Counted from the stretch's first letter, positions 36,590 through 45,281 are shown. The stretch: DNA of 64,000 bases from Acidobacteriaceae bacterium (GCA_051001135.1 JBPCNO010000047.1:972-64971); one strand, 5' to 3'. Numbers and translations: made by a program. The notes: generated by a model not told the origin, from the sequence alone.

Positions 36590-37432
36590 GTGGAGTTGCA
36601 AGCCAAACGAACCAGCCGGGTCCACGAGCTTTCCGCGGAGGAGCAGGCGGTCTACAGCCAGCTCGACCCCCAGAGGATGCCCGGACATATCGCCATCATC
36701 ATGGATGGCAATGGACGCTGGGCGGGCAAGCGCAGCCTAAAGCGCTTCCTGGGCCACCAGCAGGGCGCTGAATCCGTGCAATTCGTAGTGGAGACCGCCT
36801 CCCGCATCGACCTGCCATGGCTCACTCTCTACGCCTTCTCCCTTGAGAACAATCTCCGCCGGCCCAAGACGGAGGTCAACTTCCTCATGCGTCTGCTGCG
36901 GTCGTATCTGATCAACAACGTCGACCGGATGAACGACAACAACGTGCGCATCGCCTACATCGGGCGTACGGAGGAGCTTCCGTCCGAGGTGCGCGACAAG
37001 ATGCAGTGGGCGGCTGAGGCAACGGCTCGCAATACCGGCACGGTGCTGACGCTCGCGCTCAACTACGGCGGACGTTCGGAGATCATCGACGCCTTTGCGG
37101 CCCTGGCGCGCGAGCGTATCGCGGCGGGGCAGCCGATAGCCGGGCTCACGGAAGATGACGTTCACCGGCACCTGTACACGGCGCACATGCCGGATCCCGA
37201 TCTGGTGGTGCGCACCAGCGGCGAGCTGCGTGTATCCAATTTCCTGCTGTGGCAGATCGCCTACTCCGAGATCTTCGTGACCGAGCGCCTTTGGCCGGAC
37301 TTTCGCGGCGTACACATGCTGGAGGCGATCGCGGAATACCAGCGCCGCGAACGGCGTTATGGCGGTCTGAAGGGCCGCCCCGCTTCGGATGAGGACGTTC
37401 CGGAACACGCGCATGTGCTGGTACCGCACTAG
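36590..37432 (+). CDS. uppS: Isoprenyl transferase (undecaprenyl-diphosphate synthase family)
   Basis: HIAIIMDGNGRWA, LTLYAFSLENNLRRP and RTSGELRVSNFLLWQIAYSE are canonical cis-prenyltransferase motifs. The start is GTG 36590 or slightly downstream. Confidence 0.9.
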   Translation: MELQAKRTSRVHELSAEEQAVYSQLDPQRMPGHIAIIMDGNGRWAGKRSLKRFLGHQQGAESVQFVVETASRIDLPWLTLYAFSLENNLRRPKTEVNFLMRLLRSYLINNVDRMNDNNVRIAYIGRTEELPSEVRDKMQWAAEATARNTGTVLTLALNYGGRSEIIDAFAALARERIAAGQPIAGLTEDDVHRHLYTAHMPDPDLVVRTSGELRVSNFLLWQIAYSEIFVTERLWPDFRGVHMLEAIAEYQRRERRYGGLKGRPASDEDVPEHAHVLVPH

Positions 37433-37465
37433 CGGGGAAGCGCGCATCGTGGTCCGAGGCACCGC

Positions 37466-38047
37466 ATGGAAGTACTGACGATCGGGCACTCCACGCTACC
37501 GGGAGACGTCTTTCTTCGCGTACTGAAAGAGAACGGTTGCGCCACGCTGGTCGATATCCGCACCGTTCCGAAATCGCGACACAACCCACAGTTTGGGCAG
37601 GATGTGCTCAAGCCAACGCTGGTCGCGCAGGGCATCGACTACCAGTGGCTGCGCGAGCTTGGCGGACTGCGGCGGACCTCCGCCGCGTCCGTGAACACGG
37701 CGTGGAGAAACACCAGCTTCCGCGGCTACGCCGATTACATGCAGACGGATCAGTTCGCCGCGGCCGTGAATGCATTGCTCGCCATCGCCGAGCGGGCGCC
37801 CACCACCATCATGTGCGCCGAGGCGGTGCCCTGGCGATGCCACCGGTCGCTGGTCGGTGATGCGCTGCTCGCGCGCGGCGTGCCGGTCGAAGACATCTTT
37901 TACGACAAGCAAGGCGCGAGCGAGCGCAAGCCGCACCACATGACACCGTTTGCGCGTGTCGAGGGAACGCAGGTATGGTATCCGGCTCCGGAGTCCGCGC
38001 AGGAACCATTATTCGACTCATTGGGTCAGCTCCCTGGAGAGGGTTAG
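37466..38047 (+). CDS. DUF488 domain-containing protein
   Basis: MEVLTIGHSTLPGDVFLRVLKENGCATLVDIRTVPKSRHNPQF...CAEAVPWRCHRSLV matches the DUF488 pattern as I recall it. Confidence 0.75.
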   Translation: MEVLTIGHSTLPGDVFLRVLKENGCATLVDIRTVPKSRHNPQFGQDVLKPTLVAQGIDYQWLRELGGLRRTSAASVNTAWRNTSFRGYADYMQTDQFAAAVNALLAIAERAPTTIMCAEAVPWRCHRSLVGDALLARGVPVEDIFYDKQGASERKPHHMTPFARVEGTQVWYPAPESAQEPLFDSLGQLPGEG

Positions 38048-38228
38048 AGCCGCGACCCGTGACTCGTGGCGAACTTCCATGGGCTCTACAGGTTTGTCAG
38101 AACGATGACAGTTCTCCGCTCTGTCTTGTCATGATCGAAACCATCTGGTGGGCGCCTGCTTGAAGTGTGCAACTCTCGATAGCCGTCAGGTCTCCTATAC
38201 GAGCGAGGCCATCGCCTCAAGAGGTCAC

Positions 38229-39227
38229 ATGAGCGTTGTGAATGCCACACTGTCCCGCCGCGATCTAGTCTCGGCCCTTGGTGCTGTCGCTGCCGCTACC
38301 GCGATGCCGTCGATGGCTGCGCAGACTACCCCGGAACCCACGGCCCAGCCACTCGCTGACCCGCGAACAAAGTACCCGCGGCCGCCCTACAAGGAACAGC
38401 CGCAGCCCTGGCCCGGCCTGGCAAGCAAGATGGACCCGAGACCTGACCACGGTGAATCGAGCTACAAAGGCTCGGGGCGCTTACTCGGGCGCAAGGCGCT
38501 CATCACCGGGGGCGATAGCGGCATGGGTCGTGCGGCCGCGATCGCCTACGCGCGCGAGGGTGCCGATGTGGCGATCAACTATTACCCCACGGAGGAGCCC
38601 GACGCAAAAGAGGTAATCGAATTGATCCGGGCAGCGGGGCGCAAAGCGGTTGCCATTCCGGGTGACTTGCGCGAGGAAGCCTTCTGTAAGCAGCTCGTCG
38701 AGCAAGCAGTGAACGGCCTCGGCGGCCTCGACATTCTGGTCTCAAACGCGGGCCGGCAGCACGCGGTCGAAAGCATCCTCGAGATGACTACGGAGCTCTT
38801 CGACTGGACCATGAAGACGAATATTTACGCCCCCTTCTGGATCATGCGTGCCGCCGTGCCGCACATGCCCCCCGGCGCCACTATCATCGCGACCACGTCG
38901 GAGCAGGCGTATGATCCCTCGGCAAACCTCTACGACTATGCACAGACCAAGGCTGCGACGATGAACTTCGTCAAGTCATTGGCGAAGCAGCTCGCGTCGA
39001 AGGGTCTTCGCGTGAATGGCGTTGCGCCGGGACCGATCTGGACGCCACTCCAAATCTCCGGTGGCGCAACCGTTGCACACTACACAAACTTTGGCGGCGA
39101 TTACCCGCTGGCGCGCGCGGGCGAGCCAGCCGAACTAGCGTCCATTTACGTTCAGCTTGCTGCACAAGACGCGAGCTTTACCACCGGAAACATCTACGGG
39201 GCCGGCGGCGGAAAGGGCCAGCCGTAG
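38229..39227 (+). CDS. SDR-family oxidoreductase (YghA/general-stress-type) with N-terminal twin-arginine signal peptide
   Basis: ATG 38229 lies after AAGAGG. The N-terminus MSVVNATLSRRDLVSALGAVAAATAMPSMAAQ shows SRRDLV, a hydrophobic core and AxA. SDR motifs ITGGDSGMGRAAA, NAG and YDYAQTKAA (YxxxK). Confidence 0.85.
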   Translation: MSVVNATLSRRDLVSALGAVAAATAMPSMAAQTTPEPTAQPLADPRTKYPRPPYKEQPQPWPGLASKMDPRPDHGESSYKGSGRLLGRKALITGGDSGMGRAAAIAYAREGADVAINYYPTEEPDAKEVIELIRAAGRKAVAIPGDLREEAFCKQLVEQAVNGLGGLDILVSNAGRQHAVESILEMTTELFDWTMKTNIYAPFWIMRAAVPHMPPGATIIATTSEQAYDPSANLYDYAQTKAATMNFVKSLAKQLASKGLRVNGVAPGPIWTPLQISGGATVAHYTNFGGDYPLARAGEPAELASIYVQLAAQDASFTTGNIYGAGGGKGQP

Positions 39228-39524
39228 GAAGCAAGACAGATGGCATCGCATCAGCGGCGGCCGCCCAGAAGGGAACCGAGTGCACCGCGGATGAGCTGGC
39301 GCAGCAGGGTGAGTTCCAAGCCGTGGTCACCGGCGCTCTTCGCAATCAGCAGGGGCTCGGCCATACAAGCTCTCTTTCTCTGTTCCGCTTCTGTGTTTCC
39401 GCATGTGCGGAGATCTGGTACCGCTTTGAAGGCACACTCGCGGGAGGAATTTGCCAGCCCGTTCTCGCCCCGGTGGGTACATCCGCTTGCAGGGGTCGTC
39501 TAAAGGTTGGCTATGCTTGTCACT

Positions 39525-40241
39525 ATGCATGTGCGCGTTCTGTTCTTCGGTGTGCTCAAAGACATCTTTCCGGCGGAGGGCGAATCCCTGGAATTGCCGC
39601 AGGACGCCACCGTTCAGACACTGCTCGGGGTGTACCGGAATCGCCTGCCCCACAGAGATGCGCTGTGGGCGAGCCTGGCTGTCGCGGTAAACCAGCAATA
39701 TGCGTCTGCGAGCGAAGCCCTGGCCGAGAACGACGAGGTGGCGCTGCTGCCCCCGGTGTCGGGAGGAAGCGGCAGCAGCCAACCCGATCCGATCCGGCTG
39801 ACCCGTGAACCCATCGATGGAGCGGCCCTGCTGGCTGCGATCAAGGAACCACAGGATGGCGCCGCAGTGGTCTTCGATGGAGTAGTACGTGACAACACGC
39901 GAGGACGCCGCACGCTCTTCCTCGACTACGAGGCTTACGAGGACATGGCGCTGACGCAGATGCGCGAGCTGGCGGCAGAGGCTGCCCGGAGCTTCGATGT
40001 GCATGCGATCACCATCGTGCACCGTCTGGGCAGACTGGAGATCGGGGAGACCAGCATCCTGATCGCAGTAGCTTCGGCGCATCGCGGAGCGGCATTCGAC
40101 GCGTGCCGCTTTCTCATCGACACTCTGAAAAAGACGGTGCCGATCTGGAAGCGCGAGCACTTCGAAGACGGCGCGGTGTGGACCGACGGCGAACCGTTTC
40201 CCGCGGAGATTGCCGGCGGTGGTGGACGGCCGCTCGCGTGA
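39525..40241 (+). CDS. Fused molybdopterin synthase MoaD-MoaE
   Basis: MoaD part: MHVRVLFFGVLKD...DEVALLPPVSGG, with the C-terminal GG retained internally. Linker SGSSQPDP. MoaE part: GAAVVFDGVVRDN...IVHRLGRLEIGETSILIAVASAHRGAAF...LKKTVPIWKRE. ORF 39507-40241; ATG 39525 preferred. Confidence 0.8.
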   Translation: MHVRVLFFGVLKDIFPAEGESLELPQDATVQTLLGVYRNRLPHRDALWASLAVAVNQQYASASEALAENDEVALLPPVSGGSGSSQPDPIRLTREPIDGAALLAAIKEPQDGAAVVFDGVVRDNTRGRRTLFLDYEAYEDMALTQMRELAAEAARSFDVHAITIVHRLGRLEIGETSILIAVASAHRGAAFDACRFLIDTLKKTVPIWKREHFEDGAVWTDGEPFPAEIAGGGGRPLA

Positions 40242-41197
40242 ATCTCATCCCTGAAAGGGCATATCGGATCGCGCGAGCACTCGGCTTTGCCGGGCTGTTG
40301 ACAGCCACGCTGTCGCTCGCGCAGCAGGCGCCGGCCCACAGTTCGAGCGGCGTTCCCACCATCAATGTCAACGTGCACCTGATCGATGTCTTTGCCAGCG
40401 TGACTGACCCTTCGGGCGCGCCGGTAGGCAGCCTCAGCCGCAAGGACTTTGCGCTGTTCGAGAACGGCAAGGCGCAAAAGATCGCGGTGTTCGAGCGGGA
40501 TACGTCGGCGCCCATCGCCGTGGCGCTCGCGATCGACACCAGCGGCAGCGTGCGCAAGGATCTTGCCGAGGAACAGCAGGCCGCGCGGCATTTTGTACAC
40601 GCTACGCTGCGTCCCCAGGACCGCATCGATCTGTTGCAGTTCTCCGACAGCGTGCGCGAGGTCAGCGGCTTTACCAGCAGCGAGCGCCAGATCGGCAATG
40701 GGATCGCCAGCCTGCAGGGCGGTGCGGGCACGGCCTTCTACAGCGGCGTGTTGCTCGCGTCGCAACTGCTGCGCCCGCAGTTGGGCCGCAGAGTGCTGGT
40801 GGTGATCTCCGACGGGGACAATACCGTGAAGGGCACCAGCTATGCGGAAGCGCTGGAGGAAGCAGTGCGCGACGAGGTCATGATCTACAGCATCATCGAG
40901 GTGCCGATCGAGGCCAGCGCGGGGCGCGACCTGGCGGGCGAGCACGCCCTCATCTCGCTCGCCGAAGGAACCGGTGGCCGTTATTTTTATGCTGCATCCG
41001 CGCCGCTGGAGCAGATCTTCCGGCGCATCTCCGACGATCTGCGCACGCAATATCTTCTGGGCTACTATCCGGCCACGACGACTGAGGAAGACGAGAGCTT
41101 CCGCAGCATCGCGGTCAAGCTGCAGGATGTAGCGGACAGCGCGAAGTACACCGTTCGCCATCGGCCAGGATACTATCCCTCCGGCCATGCACAGTAG
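40238..41197 (+). CDS. Secreted VWA-domain protein (VWFA-related acidobacterial-type)
   Basis: ORF 40103-41197. GTG 40238 overlaps the moaDE TGA (GTGA). Signal peptide GFAGLLTATLSLAQQ. MIDAS motif VALAIDTSGSV. C-terminal YLLGYYP motif. Confidence 0.75.
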   Translation: MNLIPERAYRIARALGFAGLLTATLSLAQQAPAHSSSGVPTINVNVHLIDVFASVTDPSGAPVGSLSRKDFALFENGKAQKIAVFERDTSAPIAVALAIDTSGSVRKDLAEEQQAARHFVHATLRPQDRIDLLQFSDSVREVSGFTSSERQIGNGIASLQGGAGTAFYSGVLLASQLLRPQLGRRVLVVISDGDNTVKGTSYAEALEEAVRDEVMIYSIIEVPIEASAGRDLAGEHALISLAEGTGGRYFYAASAPLEQIFRRISDDLRTQYLLGYYPATTTEEDESFRSIAVKLQDVADSAKYTVRHRPGYYPSGHAQ

Positions 41198-41234
41198 AGG
41201 TTAGCGTACGGAATTTCATTCGTGTAACTAGAAA

Positions 41235-41278
41235 CTGTCATCCTGAGCGAGCGTAGCGAGCCGAAGGATCTGCTTTTC
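41235..41278 (+). repeat. REP-like element copy (GTCATCCTGAGCGAGCGTAGCGAGCCGAAGGATCTGC)
   Basis: Read directly. It belongs to the same CATCCTGAGCGA...GAAGG family as the core at 32079-32110. Confidence 0.55.
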
Positions 41279-41367
41279 ACATCTCAGTGGCCTGAACAAC
41301 TTCCTGATCTGCTATGAACTGATTCGCCACCTGAGACTGATTTCATAATGGCCGTAAAGCGAAACGC

Positions 41368-41404
41368 AGAAGCAGATCCCTCGACTGCGCTCGGGATAAC
41401 ATGC
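41368..41404 (-). repeat. Diverged inverted copy of the REP-like element
   Basis: The reverse complement of 41368-41404 reads GCATGTTATCCCGAGCGCAGTCGAGGGATCTGCTTC. This compares with CTGTCATCCTGAGCGAGCGTAGCGAGCCGAAGGATCTGCTTTTC at 41235-41278. Confidence 0.5.
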
Positions 41405-41486
41405 ACAAGGGAGAGTTGGGTGCGAACACGGCAAAGGTGTACCGGGGAGTAGCCAAGACGGCCAGCGGCTCGGCTACAATCCCCTC

Positions 41487-41798
41487 ATGCCCACCAGCCC
41501 CCAACGCCGCAGCAAGAAAGCCCCACCGCCTGGTGACACCGGGCACGAGGCCGCGTATCTTCGCTTCCTGAGCGAAAAACAGGTGCACGTGACGGTGAAG
41601 CTGCACGATGGCGAAAGCGTGCAGGGTTGGATCGAGTACTTCGACGATCGCATGATTCGCCTGACGCGGGAAGGGCAGCCCAACCTGTTCATCTACAAGG
41701 CGCAGATCCGCACCATTACAGAGCATAGCCGGCGTGCGGGCGATGAAGCGCGGCGGCGCGCGGCTCGTCCGGAGCACGACGAGGGCCGGGCACAATGA
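41487..41798 (+). CDS. Hfq-like Sm-fold RNA-binding protein with basic N- and C-terminal tails
   Basis: 103 aa. AAYLRFLSEKQVHVTVKLHDGESVQGWIEYFDDRMIRLTREGQPNLFIYKAQIRTI. This parallels Hfq Sm1 (V.V.L.nG..l.G.i..fD.f.i.L) and Sm2 (vYKHAI). The stop overlaps the start of the next gene (ATGA at 41795-41798). Confidence 0.6.
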   Translation: MPTSPQRRSKKAPPPGDTGHEAAYLRFLSEKQVHVTVKLHDGESVQGWIEYFDDRMIRLTREGQPNLFIYKAQIRTITEHSRRAGDEARRRAARPEHDEGRAQ

Positions 41799-42712
41799 GT
41801 CAGCTACCCGATTCGCTAAACCTCAGCCTTGCCGTTCCCGCGGCGGCCATCGCGCTCGAAGCTGGCGCCCTGCTGCGCGAGTATTACCAGCGTGGCGTGG
41901 AGACTGAGTACAAGGGCGATGTGGACCTGGTGACGGCCGCCGACCGCGCGAGCGAAAAGCTGATCGTCGAGAAGCTGAAGCAGACCTTTCCCACCCATGG
42001 CATTCTCGGTGAGGAGGGCACGCGGTCGGAGCTTGAAGCGGAGTACCGCTGGTACGTGGATCCCCTGGACGGGACCACCAACTTCGCCCATGGCTTCCCC
42101 TATTTCTGCATCTCCCTGGGGCTGGAGCATCGGCCGCCGGGGCTTAGCGCGGAGGAAGATGGCGAGTTGGTCGCCGGTATTGTCTACCAGCCACTCCACG
42201 ACGAACTGTTCGTCGCGGAAAAGGGATGCGGCGCATATCTCAATGGTCGCCGCCTGCACGTGTCCAGGACGGCGCAACTGCAGGAAGCGCTGCTGGCGAC
42301 AGGCTTTCCCAGCCACAAGCGGCACGACAATCCGAACATCCACTTCTACCAGCAGCTCACGCTGCGCTCCCACGGAGTACGCCGGGCCGGCGCGGCGGCG
42401 CTCGATCTGGCCTACACGGCCGCCGGGCGGGTAGACAGCTATTGGGAGTTCAACCTGAATCCCTGGGACACGGCGGCCGGCGTACTACTGGTGCGCGAGG
42501 CCGGGGGAACCGTGACGTACTTTGACGGGTCGCCCTTCAAGCTGGCGAGCAGGGAGGTGCTGGCGACCAACGGTCTGCTGAAGGATGAGTTGCAGCGCTT
42601 CTTTGAAGATATGTTCGCCGGGCGTGGAATCGAACCGGTACCGACACCGGCGGAGTTTGCCGCGCGCCGGGAGACTCATGCGGCGAATGTGCCGCACGAA
42701 TACGGCCCTTAG
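41795..42712 (+). CDS. Inositol monophosphatase family protein (SuhB-like)
   Basis: ILGEEG, WYVDPLDGTTNF and WDTAAG are the IMPase signatures. Confidence 0.85.
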   Translation: MSQLPDSLNLSLAVPAAAIALEAGALLREYYQRGVETEYKGDVDLVTAADRASEKLIVEKLKQTFPTHGILGEEGTRSELEAEYRWYVDPLDGTTNFAHGFPYFCISLGLEHRPPGLSAEEDGELVAGIVYQPLHDELFVAEKGCGAYLNGRRLHVSRTAQLQEALLATGFPSHKRHDNPNIHFYQQLTLRSHGVRRAGAAALDLAYTAAGRVDSYWEFNLNPWDTAAGVLLVREAGGTVTYFDGSPFKLASREVLATNGLLKDELQRFFEDMFAGRGIEPVPTPAEFAARRETHAANVPHEYGP

Positions 42713-43387
42713 CTACGCGGGTTTCACTCCCGGAAAGCGACCCTTCTCAAATCTTGCAAACAGCGAGCAGATAGCTTTTGTGTCCGTCATTAACGTGTCG
42801 CCCATACGTGTGAGGCTCTCGAGCGACAGCGTGGCGGCTTCGGGACTCCCCGCGCCGCACGCATCCTGCACCAGCACCGGGATCAGGCCCAGATCCGCTC
42901 CATGCCGGCACGTAGGATCGATCCCGATTTCGAGCGCAATGCCAACAATCACGAAGGCGCGCAATCCGCAGTCGCGGAGCGCGAATGCCAGCGGCGTGCC
43001 CTCGAAGGCCGACATCGCGAGCTTGTCGAAGATGGCCTCGCTCGGGAGCGGCTGCAACTCCTCCGCGATCTGGAACCCCGGGCTGTCGCGCAAAAACCAC
43101 GGCTGCACTTGCGCGGGATCTGTCGTGCGCTGCCACGCCATGGCCATGCGGTACTGGAACGACCCCATCAGTTCCCTGGGAAGCGACAGGTGGCGCGTGA
43201 AGAACCTGCGAATCCCAGCCCGTCGTGCCGCCTCGAGCACCGTGCGCACCTGTGTCGTGATCTTCGCGCCGTCCTTGACCTGACCCACGATACCGGCCTG
43301 CATGTCGTAGACGATGAGCGCGATCTGCTCCGGGGTCGCGAGTTCTTCGAGAGTGAGCGGTATGTCGATGCCGTGGGCTTTGATCAC
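42713..43387 (-). CDS. Isochorismatase-family cysteine hydrolase
   Basis: ALIVYDMQ (Asp), and FVIVGIALEIGIDPTCRHGADLG (catalytic Cys region). Its stop abuts the IMPase gene stop with no spacer (TAGCTA at 42710-42715). Confidence 0.8.
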   Translation of the reverse strand: MIKAHGIDIPLTLEELATPEQIALIVYDMQAGIVGQVKDGAKITTQVRTVLEAARRAGIRRFFTRHLSLPRELMGSFQYRMAMAWQRTTDPAQVQPWFLRDSPGFQIAEELQPLPSEAIFDKLAMSAFEGTPLAFALRDCGLRAFVIVGIALEIGIDPTCRHGADLGLIPVLVQDACGAGSPEAATLSLESLTRMGDTLMTDTKAICSLFARFEKGRFPGVKPA

Positions 43388-43457
43388 CGGCTAATTCTAC
43401 ATTCGCGAACCGAGGGCGAAGAAGGGCCTGCTGCCGCCATCAAAGGCAGCGCAGCAC

Positions 43458-43497
43458 GCGCAGTGCCGGGCTGTGAACAAAGGACCAGGCACTGCGC
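43458..43497 (-). terminator. 10-bp perfect hairpin downstream of the FG-GAP gene (no U-tract)
   Basis: GCGCAGTGCC (43458-67) / GGCACTGCGC (43488-97) with a 20-nt loop. A 6-bp GCTGCC/GGCAGC hairpin precedes it. Confidence 0.35.
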
Positions 43498-43524
43498 ACA
43501 CATCGGTAGAGTCCGCGAGTAGAC

Positions 43525-44781
43525 TTACTTGCTTTCGTTGAGCAGCACCTCGAGAGACGCAGTTTTACTCCCGGGGGCCGAAAAAAGAATGATTGCAGGC
43601 AATCCGTTCTTCTTCAGCGGCAGGGCGATGGGGCCGTAGTAGGTTGTTTGGCTGAGCAGGGTCTGTGGCGTTTGAAATGTGCCCGTACCGTCCCCTGCAG
43701 AGAGCTTGCTGGTAATCAGAGCCGGTGTGCCGGAAGAGACAAAGGGCAACAGCAGGTCCAGCTTTCCGTCCCCATTCAGATCCAGCAGTTGAAAGCCCGG
43801 GTACAGCCGCTGGCTATAAGACAACGCCGAATGCCAATAGAAGCCCCCTGCCACCTTCGCCAGCAGAGATACAATTTTCGGCTGGGCGCCTGGCGCGTTT
43901 CTGGCTCCTGCATTGACCACCAGGTCCGCGCGTTTATCTCCGTTCAGGTCTCCGGCCGCAATCTGGTACGCCCCGCCCTCGATTGCATACGAAGGTCCGC
44001 CGCGGAGGCTTCCGTCACCATTGCCATCCAGAGTGCTGATTTCACGCTGCCCATTGGTGCTGGTATTGGAATCTATCGTGTAGGCGAGATCGAGGTGGCC
44101 ATCGCCATTAAAGTCGCCGGCTGTCAGATTGTCAGCGGCATCGCCAAGATTAGTTATGTCTGCGCCAAATACGCCCGTGAATCCGTCATGGCCATTGTTC
44201 AGATACGTGACGATTACGTTTGAAGAGGCACCGCATTCGCCATTCCCATTGGTAAGTACCGCAAGGTCCGGCTTGCCGTCGTGATTGAAGTCGCCAACGT
44301 CAATGCTGCTGGTGTAGATGGGATTGTACTGGGTGCTGTATCCGGCCTTGAAGTTACCTTTTCCGTCTCCCAGGTAGACATTCAGTGATCCGTAGGCATA
44401 GATATTGCAGTCATGATCGAAGCTGCCGGCATCGATCGTGATCAAATCGGCATACCCATCGCCATTGACGTCGAGCAGGAGGTTAGTGAGCACGTCGGGG
44501 GGACCTACGCTGGGTAGATTGACAGATGTTTCAATGAACCCGCCTTTCCCGTCCCCCAGCAGTGCCTCCGGGGCGTTGACATTGACCAGCAGGTCCGTAT
44601 TGCCGTCGCCGTTCACATCGCCGGATGCAAAGTATTGAACGGCGCTTGCTTTGAGAGGGACGACATGCGGAGCGGAGAACTTGAAACCCGAAGCGGTTGC
44701 AGTGGTTTGAGAGTGAAGGCAGGCGCCAGGCAAAAGGAGTGCCAGGGCAAGAGGCGAAAGTAGTCGAGCATTGATGCGCAT
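43525..44781 (-). CDS. Secreted FG-GAP/VCBS repeat protein
   Basis: ATG 44781 lies after AGGAG (ORF 43525-45000). Signal peptide MRINARLLSPLALALLLPGACLHSQ. Repeated D.NGDG..DL motifs: GDVNGDGNTDLL, DVNGDGYADLI, DFNHDGKPDLA, DFNGDGHLDLA, DLNGDKRADLV, DLNGDGKLDLL. Confidence 0.75.
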   Translation of the reverse strand: MRINARLLSPLALALLLPGACLHSQTTATASGFKFSAPHVVPLKASAVQYFASGDVNGDGNTDLLVNVNAPEALLGDGKGGFIETSVNLPSVGPPDVLTNLLLDVNGDGYADLITIDAGSFDHDCNIYAYGSLNVYLGDGKGNFKAGYSTQYNPIYTSSIDVGDFNHDGKPDLAVLTNGNGECGASSNVIVTYLNNGHDGFTGVFGADITNLGDAADNLTAGDFNGDGHLDLAYTIDSNTSTNGQREISTLDGNGDGSLRGGPSYAIEGGAYQIAAGDLNGDKRADLVVNAGARNAPGAQPKIVSLLAKVAGGFYWHSALSYSQRLYPGFQLLDLNGDGKLDLLLPFVSSGTPALITSKLSAGDGTGTFQTPQTLLSQTTYYGPIALPLKKNGLPAIILFSAPGSKTASLEVLLNESK

Positions 44782-45020
44782 GAGAACATCTCCTGAAGGG
44801 TAGTGAAGGCGACTTCGCGGAGAGTGCCTCGCTCTGAAGAGCCAGCTCGAAGTCGGCACGAATCCTATCACGATTCCATTCCGGCGGGCCGGGAGGAGCC
44901 GTTTTCGCCCGCTTGGCGCGCTCTCCAGCCGGACCATCCACCCGCTGGAGCGAACGGTCGAATGCCCGCTTGCCCCTGCTACAATCGCAGTTGAATACAT
45001 CGTTTCCGGAGATTCGTTCC

Positions 45021-45281
45021 ATGGCTTACGTAATTGCGGAACCCTGCATTGGCACCAAGGACTCGGCGTGCGTGGATGCCTGCCCCGTCGACTGCATCCA
45101 TCCCAAGAAGGATGAGGCGAACTTCGAGGAAGCGGTGCAGCTTTTCATCGATCCGGTGGAGTGCATTGATTGCGGCGCGTGCGTGCCCGTGTGCCCCGTC
45201 TCGGCCATCTTCGCCCAGGATGACCTGCCGGAAAAATGGACCGAGTACACCGACAAAAACGCCCAGCACTTTGGCCGCTAG
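45021..45281 (+). CDS. Ferredoxin (7Fe-type, [3Fe-4S][4Fe-4S])
   Basis: MAYVIAEPCIGTKDSACVDACPVDCIHP (Cx7Cx3CP) and CIDCGACVPVCP (CxxCxxCxxxCP). 86 aa. Confidence 0.85.
   Translation: MAYVIAEPCIGTKDSACVDACPVDCIHPKKDEANFEEAVQLFIDPVECIDCGACVPVCPVSAIFAQDDLPEKWTEYTDKNAQHFGR

Noticed and set aside
39228-39524. Possible molybdenum-cofactor riboswitch upstream of moaDE, and a 37-codon reverse-strand ORF (39240-39365, MAEPLLIAKSAGDHGLELTLLRQLIRGALGSLLGGRR)
   Set aside because: I could not find the conserved Moco-motif segments as I recall them from the E. coli moaA leader (e.g. CGCCUCCC near the RBS). The small ORF has only a weak purine-rich stretch upstream and no recognisable family. An Rfam cmsearch would be needed to decide.
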